DNA of 64,000 nt from positions 654 through 64,653 of the forward strand of contig CBDDKV010000001.1 of NCBI GenBank assembly GCA_965230395.1. Reading direction: 5' to 3'. Shown in pieces: positions 18,497-28,800 of this stretch. This DNA is from Bacteroidales bacterium. GTDB taxonomy: Bacteria > Bacteroidota > Bacteroidia > Bacteroidales > UBA10428. The notes beneath the pieces were generated by a model. That model did no database searches. It was not told the DNA's origin and was given only the letters and a program-made list of their open reading frames with translations. The position numbers and the translations under genes were made by a program. Within the stretch, counting starts at the first letter, position 1. Every line of letters starts with the position of its first letter.

Positions 18497-19513
18497 CTAT
18501 CTCAGCGATAAAACGAATTTAAAGCCTACTAATGCAGGTAAAATTTCGAGGGTACAAAGGTACAAAAATGAATAGAAATAAAAAACTTTATACCTTAGAA
18601 TTATTTGAATTGATCGAATATACTTATATAAAATTGAGAGGAATACAAGAGCTGTTGCGAAATAAAAAACAATGTCTGCATTTTTGTGCGAAAGATAGAA
18701 GATACTTATTACCACAGGCAATAAGTATAAGCCAAGGTTTTTATTTAAAAGATATGAATTATGAATGTATTCACGGAACAACGGCATGGAATGAAATACC
18801 TGTCCAATAACGTGTAAGAGAACTATTCTTATGAACTGTATACCCGATAAAACGGCAAAAAGCAACAGAAAAAGTTTTAATCCACTCAGGCCATCAACAT
18901 TTATGGAAAACCTCTGAAACACAATATAGAGATACAATGCCAGAATTATTACGAAATTAATGTTCAATAATAAAAATATACGGCGAACAATAACATTCTT
19001 TTCGCGCATTAATTTATCTGATACCTGAAGGTTTACGGTTGATGAAATTATTGTCTCGAACTGTTTTTGGAAATAAATCTTTATTATAATCAATATCACT
19101 ATTGTGAGCGACGCTATCCCCAAAACCCATCCTTTCTCTTTTACTGGTTGAAAATTGCGTTGTACCGGACTAACTTCTGCTACCGCTCTTCCTAAAGCTG
19201 TTTCGGATTTTATAAATTTTTGTGAATGAGGGCTATATACCGAACTATCTTGTTCGGTCAGGTGGGAAAAAAGAGTAAATGGTTGGAAATCCTGCTCCTG
19301 AGGGACAATGCTCGTAGCCATTGTATCTGTAAGTTCTTTTTCTTCCTGAGGTTTCTCGACTATTTTCTTTTGGGGGATTTTTTTCGTTATTTTTCCGGGT
19401 TTAACTGTTTTTTTTATTGGCTTAGGCGCTGTTTTATTAGCTTCTGCAGTCGTATCTGTTATTACGGCTGTTATTGAATCCTGTTTTTTTAGTCTTGTGG
19501 TATCAATCTGCAT
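18497..19513 (-). CDS. Polytopic membrane protein (probably DUF4271 family) upstream of hemD
   Basis: 338 aa with a Lys/Pro/Thr-rich N-terminal region followed by ~6 TM helices. It ends 29 nt before hemD. The family name is inferred from remembered synteny, not verified. Confidence 0.55.
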   Translation of the reverse strand: MQIDTTRLKKQDSITAVITDTTAEANKTAPKPIKKTVKPGKITKKIPQKKIVEKPQEEKELTDTMATSIVPQEQDFQPFTLFSHLTEQDSSVYSPHSQKFIKSETALGRAVAEVSPVQRNFQPVKEKGWVLGIASLTIVILIIIKIYFQKQFETIISSTVNLQVSDKLMREKNVIVRRIFLLLNINFVIILALYLYIVFQRFSINVDGLSGLKLFLLLFAVLSGIQFIRIVLLHVIGQVFHSMPLFREYIHNSYLLNKNLGLYLLPVVISIFYLSHKNADIVFYFATALVFLSILYKYIRSIQIILRYKVFYFYSFLYLCTLEILPALVGFKFVLSLR

Positions 19514-19672
19514 AGTATTTCATAAAAGCTTTTTTCACTTTTCTGCCTACAAAATTACACAAGACTATTTAAATCAATTTCCATTTATTCAAATTTTTCT
19601 TAACTATTGTTACTTATCCATCCGGAGATATTGATTTTAATATTCAAAGAAATGCCTGAAATGAGAAAACAA

Positions 19673-20635
19673 TTAAAAGAAACCTATGGGCAAGCCCATT
19701 AAGAAAACATCATCATTATCGGTTGTTTTCAAAGCTGTTTCTGTTTGGGCCAGAAATGTTTTAAATTTTCTGGATCCGTCCAGCACGTATATTCTGGCCG
19801 GATTGGATTTTCTTATGGCAACCAGGTCTTTTCTCCTATCACTATTAAAGTTGGCAACGATAAATTCAAAATCCTTACTGTTCTCATGTAATGCCGAACC
19901 GGTCCTTAACAGGAAGGACTGAAAATTCTTTTTCCCGCTTAAAATATTTATCTCCACCGTGTTTGATTCTGTTGCCTTTTTTTTAATTGCCCAGAGATCC
20001 ATTTTTCCATCCTTATTATAGTCCCCGACTTCAAATTCGAAATCAGATACCACCTCATGAAGTATGGAGCCTGTCTGAAGCAAAAAGTCCTGAAAGTTAT
20101 TTTTCCCGTTTAAAATATGTATTTCCGTTGAATTTGTTCCGGTATTACTTTTTTTAATCGCCCAAAGGTCAGTATAGCCATCTCCATTATAATCGGCTGC
20201 ACAAAACTCAAAATTGTTGCCTGTTTCATTTAAAACGGTACCTGTATTAAGGAGAACCCTCTGAAACCGGCTACCCCCGTCTAACACTAATATTTCTGTA
20301 CTTTTAGTTTTTGTAAAATACTTCTTTATTACTAAAATGTCCTGTATGCCATCTTTGTTATAATCGGCGAGACAAAATTCAACGTCCCCTTTTGTTTCAG
20401 TTAACCCCGTTTTTACATGAAGTTTGATGGTGTCGTAGTTTGTTCTGCCTTCCAGTACATGAACCTCGGTATTATTGCCGTTTGTGTTTTTTTTTCTTAT
20501 CCCATAAATATCGGGGTAGGTGTGACTGGAACTATTTTCGAACTTTTCATTTTCATGAATGTCATTTTTCTGATTGGAATTCTCTGAATACTTAGTAAAC
20601 AATACCATCGAAACAACTAGTAAATAATTCTTCAT
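19673..20635 (-). CDS. Secreted FG-GAP-like beta-propeller protein (lectin-like)
   Basis: 320 aa with a signal peptide. Four clear ~50-aa repeats carry the Ca-loop-like motif [AG]DYN[KG]DG..D[IL].[AV]IKK (CLADYNKDGIQDILVIKK; CAADYNGDGYTDLWAIKK; VGDYNKDGKMDLWAIKK; VANFNSDRRKDLVAIRK), and weaker flanking blades are possible. Confidence 0.7.
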   Translation of the reverse strand: MKNYLLVVSMVLFTKYSENSNQKNDIHENEKFENSSSHTYPDIYGIRKKNTNGNNTEVHVLEGRTNYDTIKLHVKTGLTETKGDVEFCLADYNKDGIQDILVIKKYFTKTKSTEILVLDGGSRFQRVLLNTGTVLNETGNNFEFCAADYNGDGYTDLWAIKKSNTGTNSTEIHILNGKNNFQDFLLQTGSILHEVVSDFEFEVGDYNKDGKMDLWAIKKKATESNTVEINILSGKKNFQSFLLRTGSALHENSKDFEFIVANFNSDRRKDLVAIRKSNPARIYVLDGSRKFKTFLAQTETALKTTDNDDVFLMGLPIGFF

Positions 20636-21155
20636 ACTGATTAGGTTTTAGGTAAATAAATTCTTGTGGAAACTTTAATAGACTGGTATTAGAAGGGTTC
20701 TGCTCTTTTTAATTATTTGTCTTTGACAGCTTGTTAAATACCCTTTACTTTATTTATAGTACCATTAGTTTCTGTAAAACGAGGATAAAAAATTACTTCC
20801 ACCCCGCATCACACGGAATACTATCATAAGGCTTTCGGGCCCTTGCTGTTACATCAAGCCGGACTTATGAATTGCAAAGTCCCTACTGCCTGGCAAATAA
20901 ATAAGGTTGTGATTTGTTTACAATAAAATAAAAAAGGTGTGAATATTTAGTTCTACTTTAATCTAAATTATGAATAAATCATTAATAAGTCAACCCCACC
21001 TGCGTAACATTTTTGGGTATCCGTCCATGAACCTGTTAGAACAAGGTAAATTTAAATGAGTGAGGCCATATTTTCCGGAATGGCAATTCTTAGAATGGTA
21101 TGCTGTATACCTGGTGTGTTTGATACGATTTATGGTGTATTTACAAAAAGTTTTC

Positions 21156-21206
21156 GCATAAAAAGAGGCTGAACAAAAAAGCTTTTTGACTTTTCACCCA
21201 GCCTCT
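21156..21206 (-). terminator. Terminator of 21261..25442
   Basis: AGAGGCTG (21164-21171) pairs with CAGCCTCT (21199-21206). On the minus strand the hairpin is followed by TTTTTAT. Confidence 0.55.
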
Positions 21207-21260
21207 TCTCCATTAACCCGGAGTGATTTCCTAACCCTTGTAAACTCCGGGATTTTGCGT

Positions 21261-24200
21261 TTATTCTTTTATAAAACGAATGTATTTATTGTTAACTTTT
21301 AATAGGTATATTCCAGAATTGAGCCTGGAAACATCAACATTATTGCCGTTTCCGGACATTAAACTCTTTCCAGACAAGTTCAGTACTGAATATTCCGTTG
21401 CTTTGTCGATTCCGCTCAGGAATAGTTTATTTTTAACCGGGTTCGGATAAATCTTAATCCCTTCAGCGAAAGGTTCGTTCGTTAAAGTCATTGACTTCAA
21501 TGTAGCACAACCTTTACCGATAATAAATTTACCTTCCGGAGTATCTGACTGACCAGGATTAAAGTTATGCTGATATCTAAAGAAGAAAGTTACCTCATCA
21601 TCATCTGCAAAGGTTTTTCCTCCGGCCTGAGCTATTGTCCAGGTCCAGGTATTACCATCCTGATTTCCTCTCATTCCCTGTGCTCCCCCTCCATTCACTG
21701 CTATCCAGAGATCCACAAACGATGAGTTAACTTTAGACTCAAATGATATTTCAAGCGAAGTTGAACCTTCTGCTTGATTAACCTTATAGCTATAGTTGGT
21801 TTCATCTTCAATACATTTAGGTTCGTCCCCTTCTTTAAGGGTTGTAGCCATAACTGAATCGGTTTTAACTTCGGCTACATTATTAAACGCGGAAACTGTA
21901 TAGAAATAATTCGTTTCCGGTAAGAGGCCTGAGTCCTTATAACCTGTAGCATTAACTTCAAGGGTTGCCACAACTGATCCGTCGCGATAAACCTTAAAAC
22001 CGTCTTCATTGTCTGCATTATCGATCCAACTAAGCTCAATTTCCGAGGCTGAAACAGCCTTTGCAGCAAGACTGGTTGGTACAGCAGGTGCCGATGGTGC
22101 TTTTTCCACTACTATTTTTACGGCATCGGTATCCTGTTTTCCGTCATTATCCGTTACCGTAAGGGTAATATGATGTTCGCCAACCGGTAATTTTACTGTT
22201 GGTGAAACTCCGCTGGATATTTGCTGCCCGTTGTTTTTCCAAACATAGCTTTCTATGCTTCCATCTGAATCGTAGCTTGCAGAACCATCTAATATTACTC
22301 CTTCAACTCCGTTTCCATCGCCGTCCGCTACTTTTTGATCCGGTCCGGCATTTGCAACCGGCCTTCCGACATCTGCAGTAACACTGTAGATTTTTACCTG
22401 CTTTACATCATATCTTTCGCCATTCAGATCTTCTTCAACAATAAACCCGAACTCATTACTATAACTCTGTCCTCCACCTGTAAGCGAGTACTTGTATTTA
22501 AACCGTACTGAATCGCCGGCAGTAACCCCGCTAAAAGTATATTCTGTATTTATTGGAGATGAATAACTTCCTTTAAATACCCCATTGTTCCACCAATCGA
22601 TGTAACAGAATGATTCTGCAATTCCTTCTGTTAAAGGAACAAATGTTGCTGTTGGGTTTGCAACGCTTTTTGTTACTTCTGCCTGCAAGTCTTTAGATGA
22701 ATCTTCAAAAACAGTAAAACCTACACTACTTTTCGTACAATATAGCCTTACAAACTGCCCCTTAATGACCGGACTGGCTTCGTATATTTCTATACCGCCT
22801 TTTCCTTCGGTTGTTGTGCTTAAATCTTTATAAGTGGCAAATGATATATCGTCGGATACCTGTATTTTATACTCCTTGGCATAATCAAATCCCCAGAGCA
22901 CATCAACACGGGTAATATCGCGGGGTTCATCCAGATCAAAAACAAGCCATTCGGGAGAAGCGGAAACAGCACTTTGCCATGCGGTTGACTCGTTCAAGTC
23001 AATTACATTATTTGCACTGCCCTCATTGGAGGAAGCTGTTACCACCGCGCCAGGTGCAACATTTGGAACAATAGTTATTTCTACTCTATCGGTAGCTTCT
23101 TTACCATCATTGTCGGTTACCTCCAGGACAATATTGTGAATACCTTCGCTCATCATCCGTTCAGCCTTTTCTCCTTCGGCTATTATTTTATCCCCTTCCT
23201 TCCAAACATATTTCACAATTTCTCCCAAATCCGGATCGTAGGATTTTGACCCGCTTAACGTTACCAGCTCTTTTCCATCGCTGTCAACATCGGTAATTAA
23301 CTGGTCTTTACCTGCATCTGCTACAGGAACACCGTTTGTTACCGTGATTTTAACATCGTCGGAAGAGGTATTTCCATCGTTATCTGTAACTTCAAGGGTA
23401 AGAATGTGTTCTCCTGTTTTTAGGTTTATTGTTGCGGTTTCTCCCTCAGCTATTTGTGAGCCTTCACTATTTTTCCATATCCAACTGGTAATACTTCCAT
23501 CCGGATCATTACTTTCAGAACCGTCGAGTGTCACCTGCTCTGCCCCATTGTCATCGGTATCAATTATAACCTGATTTGAACCGGCATAGGCCAATGGTTC
23601 TGTATCGCTCAAACCGGCGGTTACCGATATGGAATCCATATACACAACCGTACGGTGAGAATTTCCAAACATAAATGATATACGTGCTGTTTCTGTTGCC
23701 GGTGCTTTTGCCTTAAATGTATATGATTGGGGCTCTGTTCCTATTTCTACGGTCCATATTTTATAGAATTCCCAGTCATTGTCCATCCAAGGTGGATCTT
23801 GCGAATTGTTTGACGGGATATATTCGTGCAAGGGGTTAGGATGATTATCCATAAAATACAGTTTACAGGTTGTTGGTTCATCGGCTACAGCCATAAACCT
23901 AAATTCGTACTCTTGTCCTTCCTCAACCTGGAATAAACGAAATAACTGAAGTTTCCAGTCTTTTGGATTTGGCACATCGTCAAACCACTCCAGGCGCACA
24001 CAGTGTTGCCCCGAAAGTTTTCCTGTACTGTCCATGTTCCCGGTTAAATCATCAGGGGCCGGCTTTACTGATCCGTTATCTTCCATTGTTCCCATAAATC
24101 TCCAGTCTATCGATAAACTTGTTGAAGGCATATCGAATTCTACATCATCAAGCATTTCCACAGTCTGCTCCATATTTACTTCCAGAGCGGCAGAAGGACG

Positions 24201-25442
24201 GCTTTCGTTTCCGGCCCGATCCATTGCCGTAATCTCAATGCTTGTTTTATATCCATAGCCTAAATCCACTACCGGATAGTCTTCCCGGCTAATATAATCC
24301 CAGAATTTACCATCTTTATATACTGAATAGTGCGCAAGGCCTGCTTCTCCATTGTCTGTAACAGCATCCCATACCAGTTTGTCCCCTACTCTTCGAAGGT
24401 TTTTAACCTGATTTGGGGCATCGTTGTCGTCGTAGAAAAATAATGCACGGGTCTTCTTTTCGGTTGTTGCGCCAAGGTAAGCCGGATCGGACAATTGTTC
24501 GAAAAACTTATCTTTTACAGCACCGGGTATTTGCAAACGCGCATCGCCCCAGGGAAACCAGCCGTTACCGGCTATCATATCCTGTCCATCCCAATCCCAG
24601 TTTATATAGCACATTTGTTTAATTGTGGAATGGGCATTTATCTGTGAGAAATATATATTATACCAGCTCCAATCTTTAGAATTATCTTTTCCGTTCACAT
24701 TATTCGGAGCTGCCTCGCCAATTAGTATGGGCTTTTTCGTGGCTAATGAAAGTTCTATCATCTCTCTGGCATTTGAATGAAGAACGTTCCCGTCTCCGAT
24801 ATCGCCAAAGGTGTTGTAACCGACCCAATCGGTATATTCATCGCCCGGATAAAAATTCTCTGCCCCTGAACCTCCAGATAATCCGGCGTTTAGCACTGTA
24901 GCTATTTCCAGGTCTGCATCCCTGATTTTTTGGGTTATTATCCGGAACATTTTTTTGTACTCTTCAGCGGTCCAGCCTTTTTGGTTGTTGTACTCATATC
25001 CTATTCTGAGGAAACAAGGCATCCCAAGGTATTCAAATCCTTTTATCAGGTTGTCGAGCTCTTTTTCATGCTTCCCATTTATAATGTCTTCATAGACATA
25101 ATTGAGGTACAACCCGATCTGTGGTATAACATAATATCCCTGTCTGTGATATTTTAATAATTCCTGTTTTAGTTCGTATGACCAGTTTTCTCTAACGTTG
25201 TAAGTGTCGTAGTAATCCATAAAAAGAATGGGTTTCCTGTTTTCAGGCGCTATATTCCAATAGTTTTCAAAGCCGTCAAAGCCGCAAACCCCTGCCTGTC
25301 CGGCACCGGTATATATTCGCCCTTTTAGTTCTAGTAATGCCCCATATTCCACTCTTTTTTTAACCTGGGCATTCGTACTCAGGAAGAGTAAGCTTACAAA
25401 AAATAAAGCCAATACTCTTTTTGCATAAGGTTTTGTTTTCAT
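21261..25442 (-). CDS. T9SS-secreted multidomain glycoside hydrolase, type A. Domain order: GH26-like catalytic, FN3-like, CBM-like, 2 PKD, discoidin with nested insert, PKD, FN3, Cys-capped beta-sandwich, T9SS CTD
   Basis: 1393 aa with a signal peptide ending TNAQ. Catalytic motifs are LRIGYEYNN, YPGDEYTDWVGYNTF, ILIGEAAP and INWDWD...WGDARL. PKD motif [20 protein letters not shown]; discoidin motif VIDLNESTAWQS...GQFVRLY; FN3 motif SEIELSWIDNADNEDGFKVYRDG. The tail is YPNPVKNKLFL...SGIYLLKVNNKYIRFIKE. Confidence 0.9.
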   Translation of the reverse strand: MKTKPYAKRVLALFFVSLLFLSTNAQVKKRVEYGALLELKGRIYTGAGQAGVCGFDGFENYWNIAPENRKPILFMDYYDTYNVRENWSYELKQELLKYHRQGYYVIPQIGLYLNYVYEDIINGKHEKELDNLIKGFEYLGMPCFLRIGYEYNNQKGWTAEEYKKMFRIITQKIRDADLEIATVLNAGLSGGSGAENFYPGDEYTDWVGYNTFGDIGDGNVLHSNAREMIELSLATKKPILIGEAAPNNVNGKDNSKDWSWYNIYFSQINAHSTIKQMCYINWDWDGQDMIAGNGWFPWGDARLQIPGAVKDKFFEQLSDPAYLGATTEKKTRALFFYDDNDAPNQVKNLRRVGDKLVWDAVTDNGEAGLAHYSVYKDGKFWDYISREDYPVVDLGYGYKTSIEITAMDRAGNESRPSAALEVNMEQTVEMLDDVEFDMPSTSLSIDWRFMGTMEDNGSVKPAPDDLTGNMDSTGKLSGQHCVRLEWFDDVPNPKDWKLQLFRLFQVEEGQEYEFRFMAVADEPTTCKLYFMDNHPNPLHEYIPSNNSQDPPWMDNDWEFYKIWTVEIGTEPQSYTFKAKAPATETARISFMFGNSHRTVVYMDSISVTAGLSDTEPLAYAGSNQVIIDTDDNGAEQVTLDGSESNDPDGSITSWIWKNSEGSQIAEGETATINLKTGEHILTLEVTDNDGNTSSDDVKITVTNGVPVADAGKDQLITDVDSDGKELVTLSGSKSYDPDLGEIVKYVWKEGDKIIAEGEKAERMMSEGIHNIVLEVTDNDGKEATDRVEITIVPNVAPGAVVTASSNEGSANNVIDLNESTAWQSAVSASPEWLVFDLDEPRDITRVDVLWGFDYAKEYKIQVSDDISFATYKDLSTTTEGKGGIEIYEASPVIKGQFVRLYCTKSSVGFTVFEDSSKDLQAEVTKSVANPTATFVPLTEGIAESFCYIDWWNNGVFKGSYSSPINTEYTFSGVTAGDSVRFKYKYSLTGGGQSYSNEFGFIVEEDLNGERYDVKQVKIYSVTADVGRPVANAGPDQKVADGDGNGVEGVILDGSASYDSDGSIESYVWKNNGQQISSGVSPTVKLPVGEHHITLTVTDNDGKQDTDAVKIVVEKAPSAPAVPTSLAAKAVSASEIELSWIDNADNEDGFKVYRDGSVVATLEVNATGYKDSGLLPETNYFYTVSAFNNVAEVKTDSVMATTLKEGDEPKCIEDETNYSYKVNQAEGSTSLEISFESKVNSSFVDLWIAVNGGGAQGMRGNQDGNTWTWTIAQAGGKTFADDDEVTFFFRYQHNFNPGQSDTPEGKFIIGKGCATLKSMTLTNEPFAEGIKIYPNPVKNKLFLSGIDKATEYSVLNLSGKSLMSGNGNNVDVSRLNSGIYLLKVNNKYIRFIKE

Positions 25443-25800
25443 AAATACTGATTTATAATTTGGTGTTGGATAATGATTTATTAAAGCTAATTTGATAAGA
25501 AACTTTAAGCCGGAAAATTGGCTATGCCGAACCCCGCATTGCTTTGGTCCACGGAATTTTGCAGGGTATAATTACTCCATGACCTCAAAGCCACGAAGGT
25601 TAGCAGATGCAATGCTGATAGCCCGTAAAAAGTTAAAGGTGCCTAAAAAAACACTCCCGTATATTTTACCCCTTTTAGTTCAGCAAAGAAAACATATATC
25701 TGATAACCGATATATGTTTACGGACCTCAAAGACCAGGGTTAATTTGATGGGATGAACCCAATCTTTTTTAGGAATGGTTTTCCAAAGGTTATTATATGA

Positions 25801-25832
25801 CAACAAAAGAGTGGCCCTTCAAAGGGCCACTC
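25801..25832 (-). terminator. Terminator of 25846..29937
   Basis: Perfect hairpin GAGTGGCCC-TTCAAA-GGGCCACTC, followed on the minus strand by TTTTGTTG. Confidence 0.8.
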
Positions 25833-25845
25833 ATAATTTTAATGC

Positions 25846-28800
25846 TTATTCTTTAATAAAGCGGATATTTTTATCATTAATTCTAAGTATGTAAATACCA
25901 GAATTTAAGCCAGAAACATCAACAACTTTTCCAATGCCTTTAATAACTTTGGCTCCGGAAAGGTTCAAAACAGAATATTTAGTTATTCCATTAACACCAT
26001 CAATAAATAGTTTGTCCTTAACCGGGTTAGGATAAACTTCAATTTTATCGGCTAATGATCCGTCAGTTGAAGTTAAAGACTTCATAACAGCACAACCTGT
26101 TCCAATAATGAACTTTTCTTCCGGTGTATCGGATTGGCCCGGGCTATAATTATGCTGATATCTGAAGAATAGGGCAACCTCATCGTTATCGGCTAAGGTT
26201 TTCCCACCTACCTGGGTAACGTTCCAGCTCCACACATCTCCTTCTTTACTGCCTCTTACTCCCTGTAGTCCGCCACCATTTACTCCGGTCCATAAGTCTA
26301 CAAATGATGAGCTGACTTTTGATTCAAATGTTATGTCAAGAGCGGTTGATCCTTCAACCTGTTTTACAGTATAATCATAATCATCTGTTGAAGCAACACA
26401 GTTGCTGTTCGATTGGGCATCTTTACCGTCACAATCCTCATCTATTCCGTTATCAGGGATATCGGTTGCACCAGGATTAATTGAAGCATCATTATCATTA
26501 CAGTCAACATCAGCCGTGTATCCGTCACCATCGTTATCTTTTGGTGCCGTTGCGTCTTTACCGTCACAATCTTCATCTATTCCGTTATCAGGAATATCGG
26601 TTGCGCCAGGGTTGATATCAGGATTGTTATCGTCGCAATCTACAGCAATTCCATATCCATCATTATCATTATCCGTTACACCTAATACACCGTCACAATT
26701 TTCGTCAACATCATTGTCTGGTATTTCAGTTGCATCCGGATTAATAGAAGCATCGCTGTCGTTACAATCTACTGATGTGTCGAAACCATCACCATCATTA
26801 TCAACTGGTTCATAATCTACACTATAAACACGAACTTCATTCAGTGCATAGTAGAACCCGGTACTAACTTCGCCTACAGTGAATTCATAAGGATTGCTTT
26901 CAACCTGAGACCCTCCTTTAACCGTATACTTATATTGATAAGATATAACATCTCCTTTAGCAGCATTTACAGTATAAGGCTCTTTCAGTGTTACCTGATA
27001 GCTTCCCTGGAATGTTCCGTTAATTGTAAGTTCAAGATAGCAGAAGCTTGCCCCTACCTGATCTTTTAATGGAGTAAAGGTCAGTGTTGGAGGTATTTCA
27101 GGAGAGATTGTTGTTTTGAAGTTACCAGAAGCATCTTCAATAACATTGCCCTTATCTGCACTTTCTTTCATTGCAATTCTCAGGTACTGGCCTTGTTTCA
27201 CAGGCTCAAGAAGGAACTCGTCCAATTTTCCGTTTCCTTTGTCTTCGCTACCAATTACATCATACGTTGTAAAGCTGCTGTTGTTTGATAACTGAATTTC
27301 GTAAACCGTAGCATATTCTTTACCCCATAGAAGATCAACTCCCATAATACCTACTGGTGCCCCAAGGTTTAGCATTACCCATTGTTCTCCTTCAGTTTCT
27401 TCACTTATCCAGCCTGTTTCTTCATTGTTATCAATAACATTAGAAGCCGGCTGAGTGCTTGATGAGGCTGTTACGGTTGCATTCGATGTAACGTCTGTAA
27501 TAACTGTTACTGTTAAATTGTCAGAAACAACGCGCCCATCGTTATCTTCAATCGTTAACGTAACTGTGTTTACCCCTGCAGGAAGATCTACTTTAGCCAT
27601 TGGTGTAGTAGCAATCACTTTTCCGTTTGCTTCCCATGACCAGCTAACTATTGTTCCATCATAATCTTTACTACCTGAACCATCAAGTTGTATCGTTTCC
27701 GAGCCATTGTCGTCTTTATCTACAACCGTTTGGTCATCTCCGATAATGATAATCGGATCGCCATTTGTTACAACTACGAAAAATGCATCGCCGTTTACAT
27801 AACCATCATTATCTTCTACTTCAAGATAAACTTTATGAACACCTGAGTTAAAGTCAACATTTACTTTCTCTCCTTTTGCCAGTTCAACTCCATTTTCTTT
27901 CCATGAGTATCTGACAATTGTTCCGTCAGTATCATATGAACCTGAACCATCAAGCATAACGGTCTCGGTTCCGTTATTGTCTTCATCCATAGCTAAAAGT
28001 GTATCGGCAGGAACGATCGGTATGGGCACATTATCATCAAACCCGGTCCATACTGAAATAGAATCTAACCATATGGTTGTCGGTTCAAGGTGCCCCATCA
28101 TAAATGAAATACGTGCAGTAGAACTTTCAGGAGCAGTAGCCTTAAATTTATACGATTTAGGTTCTGTGCCAATGGTAACATCCCATATTTTATAAAAGTT
28201 CCAGTCACCATTCTTACCATCAAAATAATGTGGATAAGTTCCGTCGCGGGTCATTACAAAGTCGTGCTGCGGATTTACGTGGTGATCCATGAAGTAAAGC
28301 CTTATTGTTCTTTCTTCTTCGGCAACTGCCTGGAATTCAAAAGTATACTCTTCGCCTTCTATGGCCTGAAATTCCTGCATTAACTGAAGTTTCCAGTCTC
28401 TTGGACGATATTCTACAGCTTTTGCCCAGTAGTTCCCCATATTCGGAGAAAGAGGATAATCAGGAAGTATAAGTGAATTTGGACCCGATAGTTTACCTGA
28501 ATTATCGATAGAAATATCGTCTGGGGCATTTTTGGCTCCACCGTCCTTTGTTCCTACCCATTTCCAGTCGGCAGCTACACTTGTTGCAGGATAATTAAAT
28601 TCACCATCCCATAAGTGTTCATATTTAGCATTTTGTTTCACTCTTAAAGCACTTGATAGTGGCCCTGCATTACCAGCACGGTCCATCGCCAATACTTGTA
28701 CATTGGTGTAAACACCATAGCTAAGGTCGTGTACAGGATATTCTTCTCCCATGATGTAATCCCAGAATTCTCCGTCTTTATAGATGGTGTAATGCGCTAT

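Noticed and set aside
25492-25743. An 83-aa plus-strand ORF in the spacer between two glycanase genes, along with 7368..7577 and 29952..30164 as a whole.
   Set aside because: They have no recognisable motifs or signal sequences and are plausibly chance ORFs. Only the CTD-like tail inside 29952..30164 is retained, as a relic.
26402-26815. Long plus-strand ORFs with striking repeats (…[15 protein letters not shown]…, …GHEPPQSTPVSSPF…) at 26402, 32935, 39904, 46749, 30909, 51809, 52238 and 60682.
   Set aside because: They are antisense readings of the D/N/G/C-rich repeat modules of the large minus-strand genes. The minus-strand frames are far longer and carry coherent domains, signal peptides and sorting domains.
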